From a bacterium (GTDB taxonomy: Bacteria; SZUA-182; DTGQ01), in contig JBFMGO010000020.1 of assembly GCA_040752695.1 (NCBI GenBank), forward strand, positions 11,473 to 65,071: a DNA stretch of 53,599 nt, in the 5' to 3' direction. The notes beneath the pieces are model-generated. The model ran no database searches, was not told the DNA's origin, and worked only from the letters and a program-made list of their open reading frames with translations. Numbering within the stretch: position 1 is the stretch's first letter; each line of letters opens with the position of its first letter. A program made the position numbers and the translations under genes. Positions 1 through 9,654 of the stretch are shown here, one piece after another.

Positions 1-32
1 CCTTTTTGGCTTTTCAGGCTGCTGCTTAACAT
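1..32 (-). CDS. 5' end of probable type IV pilin/prepilin (runs off window edge)
   Basis: GAGGAGG RBS then ATG gives MLSSSLKSQK(G), matching a class III signal peptide just before the G|F cleavage site; sigma54 promoter upstream. Confidence 0.55.
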   Translation of the reverse strand, partial: MLSSSLKSQK

Positions 33-297
33 GGTGATGCCTCCTCTTAAGTGGTTGAAAAGTTATAGTAAAAGAGTAATAGAAGGTCACACTCTCTTTT
101 TTCCTCACTTGCACTTCCATCATCTCCAGGACCCTTAGCCTTCGATAGCCAGCCGTTTTTTAATCCTTTTTAAAACCCCTCCTTTTCACCTTTTAAAGGC
201 ATCAATCGCTCCCCCTTTTCTAAAGGGAGGCGGCGAGATGGTAACATCCCCATTCCCTTGAAGCCTCTTTTTTTCAGTGGTTACGGCATTATAGAGA

Positions 298-313
298 AGC
301 AAAAGCAATGCCA
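298..313 (-). promoter_or_regulatory. sigma54 (-24/-12) promoter
   Basis: Minus strand TGGCATTGCTTTTGCT fits TGGCAY-N5-TTGCW, pointing at the prepilin-like ORF. Confidence 0.7.
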
Positions 314-524
314 CCTCCAATACTGTATGTCCAAATCATCTTATTTTGCCGTATTGTGTGATATCGACACCGATAGGGCACGTATAGGGCCCGCTAACGG
401 TAGCTGCCGAGGGAATACATTTCTTGTCAAGAGTGATGAACGCAAGATGAGGGGAGTTAAGGGGTTGTACCTAACAAGTGGTTGAAATCAGATAGATAAC
501 TTATATTGACAAAAAAAGGAATGC

Positions 525-547
525 CGGTTGACAAAAATTGTCAACCG
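525..547. terminator. Inverted repeat downstream of fprA (terminator or activator site)
   Basis: CGGTTGACAA-aaa-TTGTCAACCG perfect 10-bp IR with a T-run nearby on the minus strand. Confidence 0.5.
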
Positions 548-583
548 CCGCGATCTCATTGAAAACAGGACAAGATCCGGTTG

Positions 584-1792
584 TCAATCGCGATCCCTGA
601 GATACCGGACAAGGTTCTGTCCCAGTTGAAAGCACTTTTGGAGGTCTTCCCCGGTAGGCGAGCATTTTGCCTCCACAACGGGTTCGATCAGCTTCCAGTC
701 GTTTTTTTAAGCGAACTCATGGAGAGGTTTCAAAGCTCCGCCGCTCCAGCCATAGGTTCCGACAATCCCCATGGCTCGATTTTTCAGCCCCTTACGCTCC
801 AGCATACGGATAAATTGGTCCATAGGGGGAAAGAGGTGAGCATCATAGGTGGGAGAGGCGAAAAGAACAGCCTTGTACTTCCATGCATCCTGGATTAAAT
901 AGGAAAGATGATCATGGGAAACATTGCGGATGCGGATATTCTCGACTTTCTGCGGATCAATTCCTCTGGCTACCGCCTCCATCATTTTTCCCGTGTTGCC
1001 GTACATGGAGCCATATACAATGACTATACCGTCCTCGGCCTCCTGGCGGCTCCACTGGCTGTACCGGCTGATGATTTCCCGGGGATTACTGCGCCAGACC
1101 GGACCATGAGTGGAGGCAACCAGACGAATATCAAGGCCGCGGATCTTATCGATCGCCCTCTGGACGGAAGAGCAATATTTCCCGATAACATTAGAAAAGT
1201 ATCGCAGGATTTCGTCCTCGTAATAGGCAAGATCTACCTCATCGTCAAAAATCCCAGTCTCCATGGCCCCAAAGCCGCCGAAAACATCGCCAGCGAAGAG
1301 GGCTTTCTTACTCATCTCATAGGTCATCATGGTTTCAGGCCAGTGCACCATGGGAGTCAGGAAAAATTTAAGGCGAAACTTACCCAGTGAAAGCTCCTCC
1401 ATATCCTGAACAACCTGGATGTTCTCCGTTATGCCGTAAAACTCTTTTAAAAATCCCGCTGTTTTAGCGTTGCCAATGATTTTGATCTGCGGCCAGATGG
1501 ATCGCAGGATGGTGATGGCTCCGCTGTGATCAGGTTCCATGTGATTGATGATCAGATAATCCACCTGACCGAAATTCTGGGTCAGATGTTTTACCTTCTC
1601 AACGTATTGGTCAATTGCATCCCTTTTCACCGTATCAATCAGGGCCACCTTCTGGTCAGCCAAAAAATACGAGTTGTACGTAATGCCCCGGGGCAGAGGC
1701 CAAAGTGACTCAAAAAGGTCTGTGGTACGATCGTTGCTGCCTATCCAAAAAATATCATCGTTAATGGGAATCGGGGAAATCAGGGAACTCAT
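584..1792 (-). pseudogene. fprA: Flavodiiron protein (A-type flavoprotein) with in-frame TAA at 707-709
   Basis: HMEPDH, HWPE, YGSMYGNT and GTYGWSGG motifs; RBS GAGGAGG before ATG 1792; frame continues after TAA as KNDWKLIEPVVEAKCSPTGEDLQKCFQLGQNL to TGA at 584. Confidence 0.85.
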
Positions 1793-1835
1793 TTCTCTTT
1801 CCTCCTCATGTTGCTTTCTTATTTTGTGTACCTTA

Positions 1836-1892
1836 TCGGAGTCGGGAGTTAGAAATCGGGAGTTAGAAATCGGGAATGAGAAATCGGGAGTC
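1836..1892. repeat. Short tandem repeat (14-bp AGAAATCGGGAGTT, built of heptamers)
   Basis: Visible 3-4 imperfect copies upstream of fprA. Confidence 0.8.
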
Positions 1893-1973
1893 AATAACCA
1901 AATGGCCAGCGCAGCGGCCGGGTGACCTGCAGCCAGGTGATCAGCGGATGGGAAATCAGTAATCAGGTGACGT

Positions 1974-2017
1974 AAAAAAGAAAAACAGCCCAAATCCTGG
2001 GAATGGATTTGAGCTGT
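1974..2017 (-). terminator. Rho-independent terminator upstream of fprA
   Basis: ACAGCUCAAAUCC/GGAUUUGGGCUGU 13-bp stem followed by UUUUCUUUUUU on the minus strand. Confidence 0.7.
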
Positions 2018-2192
2018 CCGAGGGATAACCAGAGCCCTCCGCAGTATATATCCCCTAGAAATTGATAATCAGAAAGCTATCCCTCTTTTACTATATCGTC
2101 ACATGGCCTGTCAGCATCGTGGAAATATGTAACTGCCTTTTCAAAATCCTGAGGAGAGAGCCGTTTAAAAGCTGCTCGCTTTTGCTTTCAGG

Positions 2193-2243
2193 AAAAAACA
2201 GAGGCCACCAATAAAGATTATTGATGGCCTCGCTCTTTTTTTT
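2193..2243. terminator. Bidirectional terminator
   Basis: GAGGCCACCAATA/TATTGATGGCCTC stem flanked by an A-run and a T-run. Confidence 0.7.
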
Positions 2244-2332
2244 CAGTCACGATACAGGAAGAACATCCGGGCTTCTGGGAGCATGGAAGCATGACCATGC
2301 TTGCAGGAGACAAAAAACATATCATTTTTGCT

Positions 2333-2635
2333 CTATTTTGTCCTGTTGAATCCCAGCTTTTCGAGTATCTGCTGCCTTATTTCCACCCTTTTTTCCCTAT
2401 TACTTTTCACATCATCAGTTGAGAGTGGAGGAACGATCATTTCATCTACCCAGGTGGAGAAGTTATCTATGATAAACTGGGCGGTAGTCTTGATGTTTTC
2501 AATCGTAGTTTGAATTGGTGCTGATGGAAATAACCTCCCCTCCCCCTCGGCGAAAGCCGAACCACTAAAAACTGGACAACAAATAAAAGCATAGACTAAA
2601 GCGAGAACAACGAATAATTGAAACTTCTTTTTCAT
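2333..2635 (-). CDS. Secreted hypothetical protein
   Basis: AGGAGG RBS; Sec signal peptide MKKK-hydrophobic-AFA. Confidence 0.75.
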   Translation of the reverse strand: MKKKFQLFVVLALVYAFICCPVFSGSAFAEGEGRLFPSAPIQTTIENIKTTAQFIIDNFSTWVDEMIVPPLSTDDVKSNREKRVEIRQQILEKLGFNRTK

Positions 2636-2940
2636 GTGGCTTACCTCCTTTTTTGCTGTAACTCCTGTGTGGGTTAATAAAAGTGAACAATCATTTCACC
2701 TACTATTTCGGATTAATATAAAAAAAAACATTACGCTTTAATAAGGTGATTTAGTTGCGCCTTGGTTACTTATCGTTTTGGTGTCATTTGTACCTGTTTC
2801 ACTTCAGGAGTTTCAAGGAGCATAGCAGCTACTGGCTGCATCTACTCTTATATAGTACCTGCCATTCCAAACTGTACCTTGTATCTGAGGGGCAGGTAAT
2901 CGTAAAAATGACGGTATAAAGACGCTCAATAGAATAAATA

Positions 2941-3177
2941 TTATTTTTTGCTGATATTTATAACATAGCCTTCCTGGCTTTCACGTACATCAGTCTGACA
3001 GCCAAGGCTCATGGCCAAGCGAGCGACATTTTCTCTGGCAGTATCTGTGTCCACCAGAATCTCTACGGATTCTCCCTTCGAGATTTCCTCGATACCCCTT
3101 TTGGCCATAATCACCGGCTGAGGGCAGGAAAGGCCTCTGGCATCAATTTTTTTTACACTCGTTTCTTTTCCCTTCAT
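2941..3177 (-). CDS. TusA/SirA-family sulfurtransferase (YedF-like)
   Basis: IDARGLSCPQPV motif; RBS GAGGAGG; adjacent to yedE. Confidence 0.9.
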   Translation of the reverse strand: MKGKETSVKKIDARGLSCPQPVIMAKRGIEEISKGESVEILVDTDTARENVARLAMSLGCQTDVRESQEGYVINISKK

Positions 3178-3200
3178 TGTATGTGTCCTCCTCGCATTCA

Positions 3201-4274
3201 TTAATGATGAGACTCTTTGGTTTTCAACAGAAAACCAAAGAGCAGGCAGATAATCAAGCCAGTTATGACTGCTATCGGGCCAAAAGGACCAGGCCCTTTT
3301 GGCGAACTGGCCAGAGTGAAGTTATGAGAAAAACCTGCTCCAAAGATCATTCCCAAAACGAACACGGATGCATCTCCATCCCCTTCGCCGGACAGAATGA
3401 GTTGTCTCCCCGGACATCCGCCAGCCAGTGTGAAGGCCAAACCAGCCAGCACCATTCCCAGAAAATTCCATATATGAGCAGTATGGGCAATAGGCTGATT
3501 TGCAAAACCGGCCTTGAATTGTCCCAGGAAAAGATTGATTATCAGGGCGGTCACGGTCAGTGCAACGATACCGCTGAACAGATGAGAATCACGAAATAAA
3601 ATCATGTCCCGGATAGCACCCATGGTGCAAAACCTGGATCTCTGGGCTATAAAGCCTACAATCAAACCTGCGGCCAGAGAAAAAAGGAATGGCGCATGCT
3701 GGCTGCCGGGACCTTTTTCACTCCAAAAAATAAAAGGAGGCCTGGTGATTGACAGGAAAAGCAAAAAGAGCATGAAAACGGGGAGAATCCAGCCCACGAC
3801 AGGAGATGTCCGGCTGGAACGCCCAAGATTATATCCTGATTTGAGGAACAATACCCCGATTCCCACACCGGCTGTCAAACCAGCCAGACCAAGGATGGCA
3901 TTGCCGTCTCCACCAGCCAGACGCAGCAATGCACGCCAGGGGCAGCCGAGGAAAACCAGTGCTCCGATCATGGCAAATACTCCAAGAATAAAACGAACCA
4001 GAGGAGACGATCCTCCACGGAATCGAAGCTCACGGAAGATAAGGGCCGCAAGCAAAGCTCCAAGTACGAAACCCACAATCTCAAGGCGAATATACTGGAC
4101 CACGTCCGCTCTGTGTAAACCGAGGGCTCCGGCAATGTCACGCTCCATGCAGGCTACACAGATGCCCATATTTTTAGGGTTTCCAAGATACTGCAACACC
4201 GCAGCGAGCGCGCCGATGATCACACCGGTGCTGATTATCCCCCGGCGGGTACCGAAAAAATTTTTTGGAATCAT
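3201..4274 (-). CDS. yedE: YedE/YeeE-family sulfur/selenium transporter
   Basis: Polytopic membrane protein with GNPKNMGICVAC, LGCP, RFC and GGCPGRQL motifs. Confidence 0.9.
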   Translation of the reverse strand: MIPKNFFGTRRGIISTGVIIGALAAVLQYLGNPKNMGICVACMERDIAGALGLHRADVVQYIRLEIVGFVLGALLAALIFRELRFRGGSSPLVRFILGVFAMIGALVFLGCPWRALLRLAGGDGNAILGLAGLTAGVGIGVLFLKSGYNLGRSSRTSPVVGWILPVFMLFLLFLSITRPPFIFWSEKGPGSQHAPFLFSLAAGLIVGFIAQRSRFCTMGAIRDMILFRDSHLFSGIVALTVTALIINLFLGQFKAGFANQPIAHTAHIWNFLGMVLAGLAFTLAGGCPGRQLILSGEGDGDASVFVLGMIFGAGFSHNFTLASSPKGPGPFGPIAVITGLIICLLFGFLLKTKESHH

Positions 4275-4415
4275 ATCTCAAATACCTCCAATTCTATTTT
4301 ACTTACTTTTAGCGAATTCTCGATATCGAATCCGCTGGTTTGGATTCATTGCCCTTAGATGCATGGCATTAATCAGGGAGAGAGAAAAGTTAAGTAAAGA
4401 AGTAAAGAAAAAAGT

Positions 4416-4475
4416 TAAGAAAGAAGAAGCTAAGAAAGAAGAAGCTAAGAAAGAAGAAGCTAAGAAAGAAGAAGC
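4416..4475. repeat. 15-bp tandem repeat TAAGAAAGAAGAAGC x4 in a purine tract
   Basis: Four exact copies plus degenerate flanks. Confidence 0.9.
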
Positions 4476-5037
4476 TAAGAAAAAAGAAAATAAGAAATAA
4501 ACAAGGAGTGAAAAAGCAAGTGATAGAAAGAAAAGGGGAGTAATGGTGGAATGAATAGTTGATAAGGGCTGGCTGGTCAGGTAAAGGGTATAACAGATCC
4601 TCCCTCTGGTAGAGGGAAGAAAAAAATGAAAAATACAGAAAAAGATACCTCGATGCGAGACCAACTCAATCTCCTTTCCTCCTCGACACCCGGCCAAGGT
4701 AGATGTGCAATTCAGCCTTTTCTCACTAGACCTTGTCCGTAATTAAACATATTGTAAAGTAAAATAAACCGCATAGATCGACCTTTCATTTTTTCGTTAT
4801 TATAATCCTTGTGAAGTGAAGTAGGTAAAGCACAGTTATCCACATAAGATATTACATAATTGCAAAGATATTTGTCAAATGTAATTTTTCTGCTTCCATA
4901 GCAGAAAAACACCCTTGTTTCCCTCCTGGCAGGAGTGGCAGGGGCCGATGCGCCTTCTAGGGCACCCCGCAGAAGGGGGTGCCCCGGCCGGCTCGTTTCC
5001 TTGAGATAACCTTGAGGTTTGATGATTTAAGGATATA

Positions 5038-5241
5038 TTAATTTAGTTTTGTATCGGTCTGGATGCTGCACTGGCCTATGCCCCCCTGTGAAAGATTGAG
5101 AACAAAGATGACCTTGCCGGTGAATCTGCTCGCCACCTTGTTTGAAAGCTCCTTGTCAATACTCTGCAGCAAGTGTACCTTCGGATCATTTGCTCTTTCG
5201 GATAATCTGTTGTCGCATATCTTATCTATGGTGATTCTCAT
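5038..5241 (-). CDS. Small hypothetical protein, loosely DUF2292/YezD-like
   Basis: AAGGAG RBS; helix followed by FTGKVIFVLNLSQGGI beta-hairpin pattern; TTGTCT-N17-TATACT promoter upstream. Confidence 0.6.
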   Translation of the reverse strand: MRITIDKICDNRLSERANDPKVHLLQSIDKELSNKVASRFTGKVIFVLNLSQGGIGQCSIQTDTKLN

Positions 5242-5620
5242 GTAACATATCTCCTTTCGGTCAGCCTGCATTCAGGCACTAAGGTTCAAGCTGAATCCAT
5301 GATCCTTTTGCTAAAAGTATTACGCTCGTTGAGTATATAATCTGCCAAGAGGCAAGACAAGATTTATTCTACAAGAATAAAATATTCCATAAATGGCCTG
5401 TTCTTATATTTATTTTGTCATAAAGATGAAAAATAATGATAGCGATTAATCATTCATACTCCATCCCTCCTTTGATTTTCGCTATCTCATTTCTGCCGAT
5501 TGTCAAGAGTCACCGGCATCCAGCAACCATTTTAAGCAATTACATATGACTTGTCTTTTAAAGGCAAAAGTGTCATAATGCTGATTATTCACCATGATCA
5601 GGAAAAACGGGGGGACCATC

Positions 5621-6127
5621 ATGAAAGTGGCTGATAATCCAGTTTCCAGGAATTTGGCTTCACTCTTAAAGCACGGGGAGAGTTATCAGAGAGGATCGGA
5701 ATTTAAAAAGAATCTGGAGTTCATAGAAAAAGAAATCGGACTGAATCAGGGATCGATAAGAAACTGGATCTCAGGAAACAGGAACGCTCAGTTCGAAAGC
5801 CTGGAAAAAATCGCTCATCTTTTCGGAGCCAATGTCTATGATCTTTACATAGATAGAGACAAGTGGCTGGACCTGGAAAATGTCACTCCCGAGCAAAGAG
5901 AAATCATCGAGGATGTTTTAAAGATCAAGGATCATGTCATCCTGGGTCTTATCAAAGGATCGCTGAAGATCGGTTTAAGCCAACAGGAAAAACAAGAACA
6001 TATGCTCGCTTCAGGCAGCAGAAACAAGGTATCTGATACTGCGCAAGACAACCATCTTCTGCCGGTTCCTTCTCTTTCGGCAAACCTGGCTGATAATCCC
6101 AATCCAAATGACCGTGAGAATGACTGA
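5621..6127 (+). CDS. XRE/Cro-CI family HTH regulator
   Basis: EIGLNQGSIRNWISGNRNAQFESLEKIAHLFG HTH_3 pattern. Confidence 0.8.
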   Translation: MKVADNPVSRNLASLLKHGESYQRGSEFKKNLEFIEKEIGLNQGSIRNWISGNRNAQFESLEKIAHLFGANVYDLYIDRDKWLDLENVTPEQREIIEDVLKIKDHVILGLIKGSLKIGLSQQEKQEHMLASGSRNKVSDTAQDNHLLPVPSLSANLADNPNPNDREND

Positions 6128-6897
6128 TTACCTGCTCTCTTTTGTGTTATTCTCTTTGTTACTCTTTTCCATTGCTCTTTTCCGTTATTCGGTTCGATCC
6201 GGTAATTGATTCTCTTTTCACGATTTTCACAATGATCCTGGGCATTCTTTTTCAGGTATTGTTTTTTTAATTTTCCTCCCTTAACCTATCAAATGATGTA
6301 TATCATCATAGTGGAACAGAGAATGAATCTGTCTATAAATGGAATTGCTCTGTTCGGGACTTCTTCAATGGTTGCTAGCGGATTCTGCCCTCCTTTCAAA
6401 AGGAGGAGTAGGCCGTTTCTATCAAGGATAAGTAAAGGCAATTGAAGCCTTTCTCGATGATGTAAAATCGTGCAACCAAGTTTCTTAATTTCTAAAAATA
6501 GAATACAATAAATATGCCAGTTATTTTATTTAAAATGACTGATACAAATATTTTCTATAAAACATTATATCAAACTGATTTATCCTCTAAAACAGTTTAT
6601 CCTCATGATTTTTGATCCATCAAAAGACTCACATTATTTGATTAATAAAATCAATTAAATTCAAATTATTTAAAGGAAGATGTCTATAAATATCAATCAT
6701 TGGACAAAAATTAACTATAAATTTATATATTTAAAATTAAATAATAAATAAGATAAAATCAGTAAAAGTATCTTAAAAGCATTGTAGTATAAATTAAAAA
6801 TTATTAATTTCAAATAGTTAACTGGTGTAAGAAAGTGTGCGGGGAAGAGTGGACCAGCGCTGGAGTTGGGCAGTTGTTCATTGCGGGGTCTCCAGAC

Positions 6898-7070
6898 TGC
6901 ACCTAATTGGTGCAATACATGCAGGAGGGCCAGGATTTCCGCAGATTGTATTGCACTAAATATGTGCAATACAAAATTGAATACTTCTCTGATTCTGATG
7001 CTAAACTTATTAAATATATTAATACAAGATCCAAATCAGCCTCAAAATAAGACTGCCCTAAAATAGGGCA
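6898..7070. promoter_or_regulatory. Three NtrC-type 17-bp palindromic boxes
   Basis: TGCACCTAATTGGTGCA (6898-6914), TGCACTAAATATGTGCA (6952-6968), TGCCCTAAAATAGGGCA (7054-7070). Confidence 0.65.
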
Positions 7071-8116
7071 ATCTAAATAAGGCCATGCCAGGATTAAAGT
7101 TCATCCTTGATATTATGTTTGTCATGACGTATAATTAAATCACGAAGATAAAAAGAACGAATACGTAAGATTTTGGATATATCAACCAAAAATAGCAAAA
7201 TAATGGAGCGAAGCGCACATGGAACTGACCAGACCACCCATGAGTGAGGCTTCCCGAAATCGCCTGGAAAGAAGGATGTATCTGAAAGAAAACAAACAAA
7301 TGAGAAGCATAAGAAGCATGGATACCAGAAGAAGCATGCAATCCGCCCCGAAATCTGTATCAGGCGTCGGCTCAGGAAAAGGGGGCGCATATACCCAGCC
7401 GCAGGAGGGAATCAAACTGGACATAGTCTCGGAAAGGCTGCGGGAAACCGAAACAAGCCGGGGCTGGGCCATCAGGCAAGTCTGCTCCCTGCATAGAGAA
7501 ATGCGGCAATCCTAGATTTCATTACCCTTATCGCCACCTCCCAAAACATCCAAACGCCACATACTTTGCCCGACACCATAAGTCATAAGCTTTAATAGCC
7601 TTGAGACCGGTTCGATAGGAAAAACCAGGGATTAACTGCTTAACACCGCCCGCCGGCCAGGGCTCCACAAGCTTGAGATCGCAGGCTCTTTGGCCTGTGT
7701 CCACTCTATTTCCATTGTCGGCTGCCGATTGCCGGCTATCAACCGCTGCCTCTCCTCATCACTGAATGCTGCCGGGTGCCCTGAGCGGGTATTTTCAGGG
7801 TTTCCTTACTCAGGGCTTACTTACGATTAATCCGAAAAGCTGTTAAAAATTAAGCCGGTATTGAAATTCGATAAACCCTCAGAAAGTACGCGGAGGGGGA
7901 TCAGGCTTCTGGCAGGCAACTGATCCTGATTCTTTGGAGAAGAGCGGTCCTTATGATGTTTTGACCAGTCCGGAGCCGCACCTGGTTGACGTACTGATGA
8001 GTGGCGAGGTAAGGAGGGAAGTGTTCAGCCCGTTACCGGGCAAAAAGCCCGGAATTGAAGCAGCATAAGTTGAAGCAGCATAATAAGAAATAAAGATTTA
8101 AAGGAATAAGAAAATC

Positions 8117-9247
8117 ATGAACAAAGGAAAAGATTTATATCGTGTTGGCGTTTTAGGATCTTACGGCGGGCTTAACATGGGAGACGAGGCGATATTGCAC
8201 AGCATCATAACACAACTGCGAAACTCTCTGCCGGTTGAGTTTACCGTATTTTCCAGGAATCCGGAGGATACCTTGCATCGGCATCATGTCGAACATGCAA
8301 TCGGGGTGCGAAAGTTAACGAAAACTGAAGTGATTCCGGAAATACAGAAGCTTGATCTGTTGATCCTCGGCGGCGGAGGAATCCTCTTTGATCCGGAAAT
8401 TAAAATATTCCTGAGAGAAGTACGTCTGGCACTGGATAACCACATACCGGTTATGGTTTATGCGGTTGGTGCAGGGCCTCTTCATGATCACGATACCGTG
8501 AAACTGCTCAGAGAATGCCTAAACAGGGTATCTGTGGTTACCGTACGCGAGCGGAACGCGGCAAGACTTCTGGAAGATATTGGAGTAACACAGGAGATCA
8601 TCGTAACAGCAGATCCAGCACTTCTTCTGAGACCGGAGCCCTTACCCGATAGAACCCTGGAACATGAATATATCGATAGCAGCAGGCGCCTGGTGGGTAT
8701 GTCCGTCCGTGAGCCTGGTGCTGCTGCCCCCGACATGGATGTGAACCTTTATCATTCCCTTTTAGCCAATACGGCTGACTTTATCGTTGACCGTTTTGAT
8801 GCGGACATTCTCTTTGTCCCCATGGAACGGAAGGTTATGGATATGCAGCATTCGCATGCCATTATCTCACGAATGTTGAGGGCTCAGAGAGCATGGGTGC
8901 TCATGGGTGAGTATAGTTGCGGGCAGTTGCTGTCAGTGATAGGGCATTTACAATTTGCAGTAGGCATGCGGCTTCATTTTTTAATCTATGCTGCACTTCA
9001 GGGCGTGCCTTTCGTGGCTTTGCCTTACGCTTCCAAGGTAGAGGGGTTCCTTGAATCTTTGAACCTGGAGGTGCCGCCGGTGCCGTTTTCCAGTTCCGGT
9101 CAGTTGATAGCCTACATAGATCAGGTATGGGATCGCAGAAGTTATGTCCAGGAGCAGATACAGCGCGCGATCCCCGGACTCCAGAAGCTTGCCAGGGAAA
9201 CGAATTCTATTGCCGTCCGCTTGCTGGAAGGCAATTATAAAGGCTAA
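8117..9247 (+). CDS. Polysaccharide pyruvyl transferase (CsaB/WcaK-like)
   Basis: GSYGGLNMGDEAIL, GGGGIL, TVRE, TADPA and GMRLH motifs. Confidence 0.9.
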   Translation: MNKGKDLYRVGVLGSYGGLNMGDEAILHSIITQLRNSLPVEFTVFSRNPEDTLHRHHVEHAIGVRKLTKTEVIPEIQKLDLLILGGGGILFDPEIKIFLREVRLALDNHIPVMVYAVGAGPLHDHDTVKLLRECLNRVSVVTVRERNAARLLEDIGVTQEIIVTADPALLLRPEPLPDRTLEHEYIDSSRRLVGMSVREPGAAAPDMDVNLYHSLLANTADFIVDRFDADILFVPMERKVMDMQHSHAIISRMLRAQRAWVLMGEYSCGQLLSVIGHLQFAVGMRLHFLIYAALQGVPFVALPYASKVEGFLESLNLEVPPVPFSSSGQLIAYIDQVWDRRSYVQEQIQRAIPGLQKLARETNSIAVRLLEGNYKG

Positions 9248-9428
9248 ATTCTCGGTTATTAATAATATAGTTATTAATGAACTCATTGTTAATAAAATTG
9301 TTGACAGTTCAGCATAAATTTCGGGTGCATAGTCCGAATACTTATAAGTATGTTATGAATGGGTACAAGTATGAGCTTATAGTGCGTATGGTGCCAGAGT
9401 GGTATCGTGTGAATCGCCAAAGGAGAAA

Positions 9429-9653
9429 ATGATGAGCATCCATATTTTGACCATCGGTGGAGCCGGGTTTATCAACTCGCGTCTTGCGGACGAATTGCTG
9501 CAGGATGACAACCGGATTCATGCGCTTGATAACTGGCCGGAGTGCAGGTATCTGGCAGAAGTGGCAGAAGAATGGTTATGGACAAGGAACAGTCAGGAAA
9601 GAGGAGCCGATACAGAAGCGCAGGCCGGTCTTTTCAACCGGTTCGGAGGGTAG
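9429..9653 (+). pseudogene. Internally deleted NAD-dependent epimerase/dehydratase remnant
   Basis: ILTIGGAGFINSRLADELL...ALDN Rossmann N-terminus in only a 74-aa ORF. Confidence 0.7.
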
Positions 9654-9654
9654 T

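Noticed and set aside
340..420. Possible c-di-GMP riboswitch near the pilin gene
   Set aside because: Lacks GGCAAA/GAAA tetraloop-receptor pattern and lies upstream of the sigma54 promoter
707..709. Selenocysteine or stop-codon recoding in fprA, given nearby yedE/yedF
   Set aside because: Codon is TAA not TGA, at a non-Cys position, and TAA terminates many other genes here
1793..1993. N-terminal extensions in the ORF track (fprA; likewise uppS to 19768, rseP to 16596, MerR from 14430, oxidoreductase from 9457, tamB from 35909)
   Set aside because: They overlap repeats, terminators or neighbouring genes; better starts lie at the domain boundaries
3604..4697. ORFs 3604..4500(+) and 4299..4697(-) with KKEEA/FLASS repeats
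   Set aside because: Antisense shadow of yedE plus stop-free repeat tract; no RBS or family signal
5621..6127. Intact prophage or ICE around the XRE gene
   Set aside because: No integrase, structural or conjugation genes in the window
6180..6210. GGTTCGATCC T-loop-like motif (tRNA or att site)
   Set aside because: No cloverleaf or acceptor stem can be formed
7094..7515. Several overlapping ~70-100 aa ORFs on both strands
   Set aside because: No recognisable motifs or convincing RBS; cannot pick a real frame
7990..8050. CTGATGAG hammerhead-like core
   Set aside because: No GAAA after a stem II and no UH cleavage context
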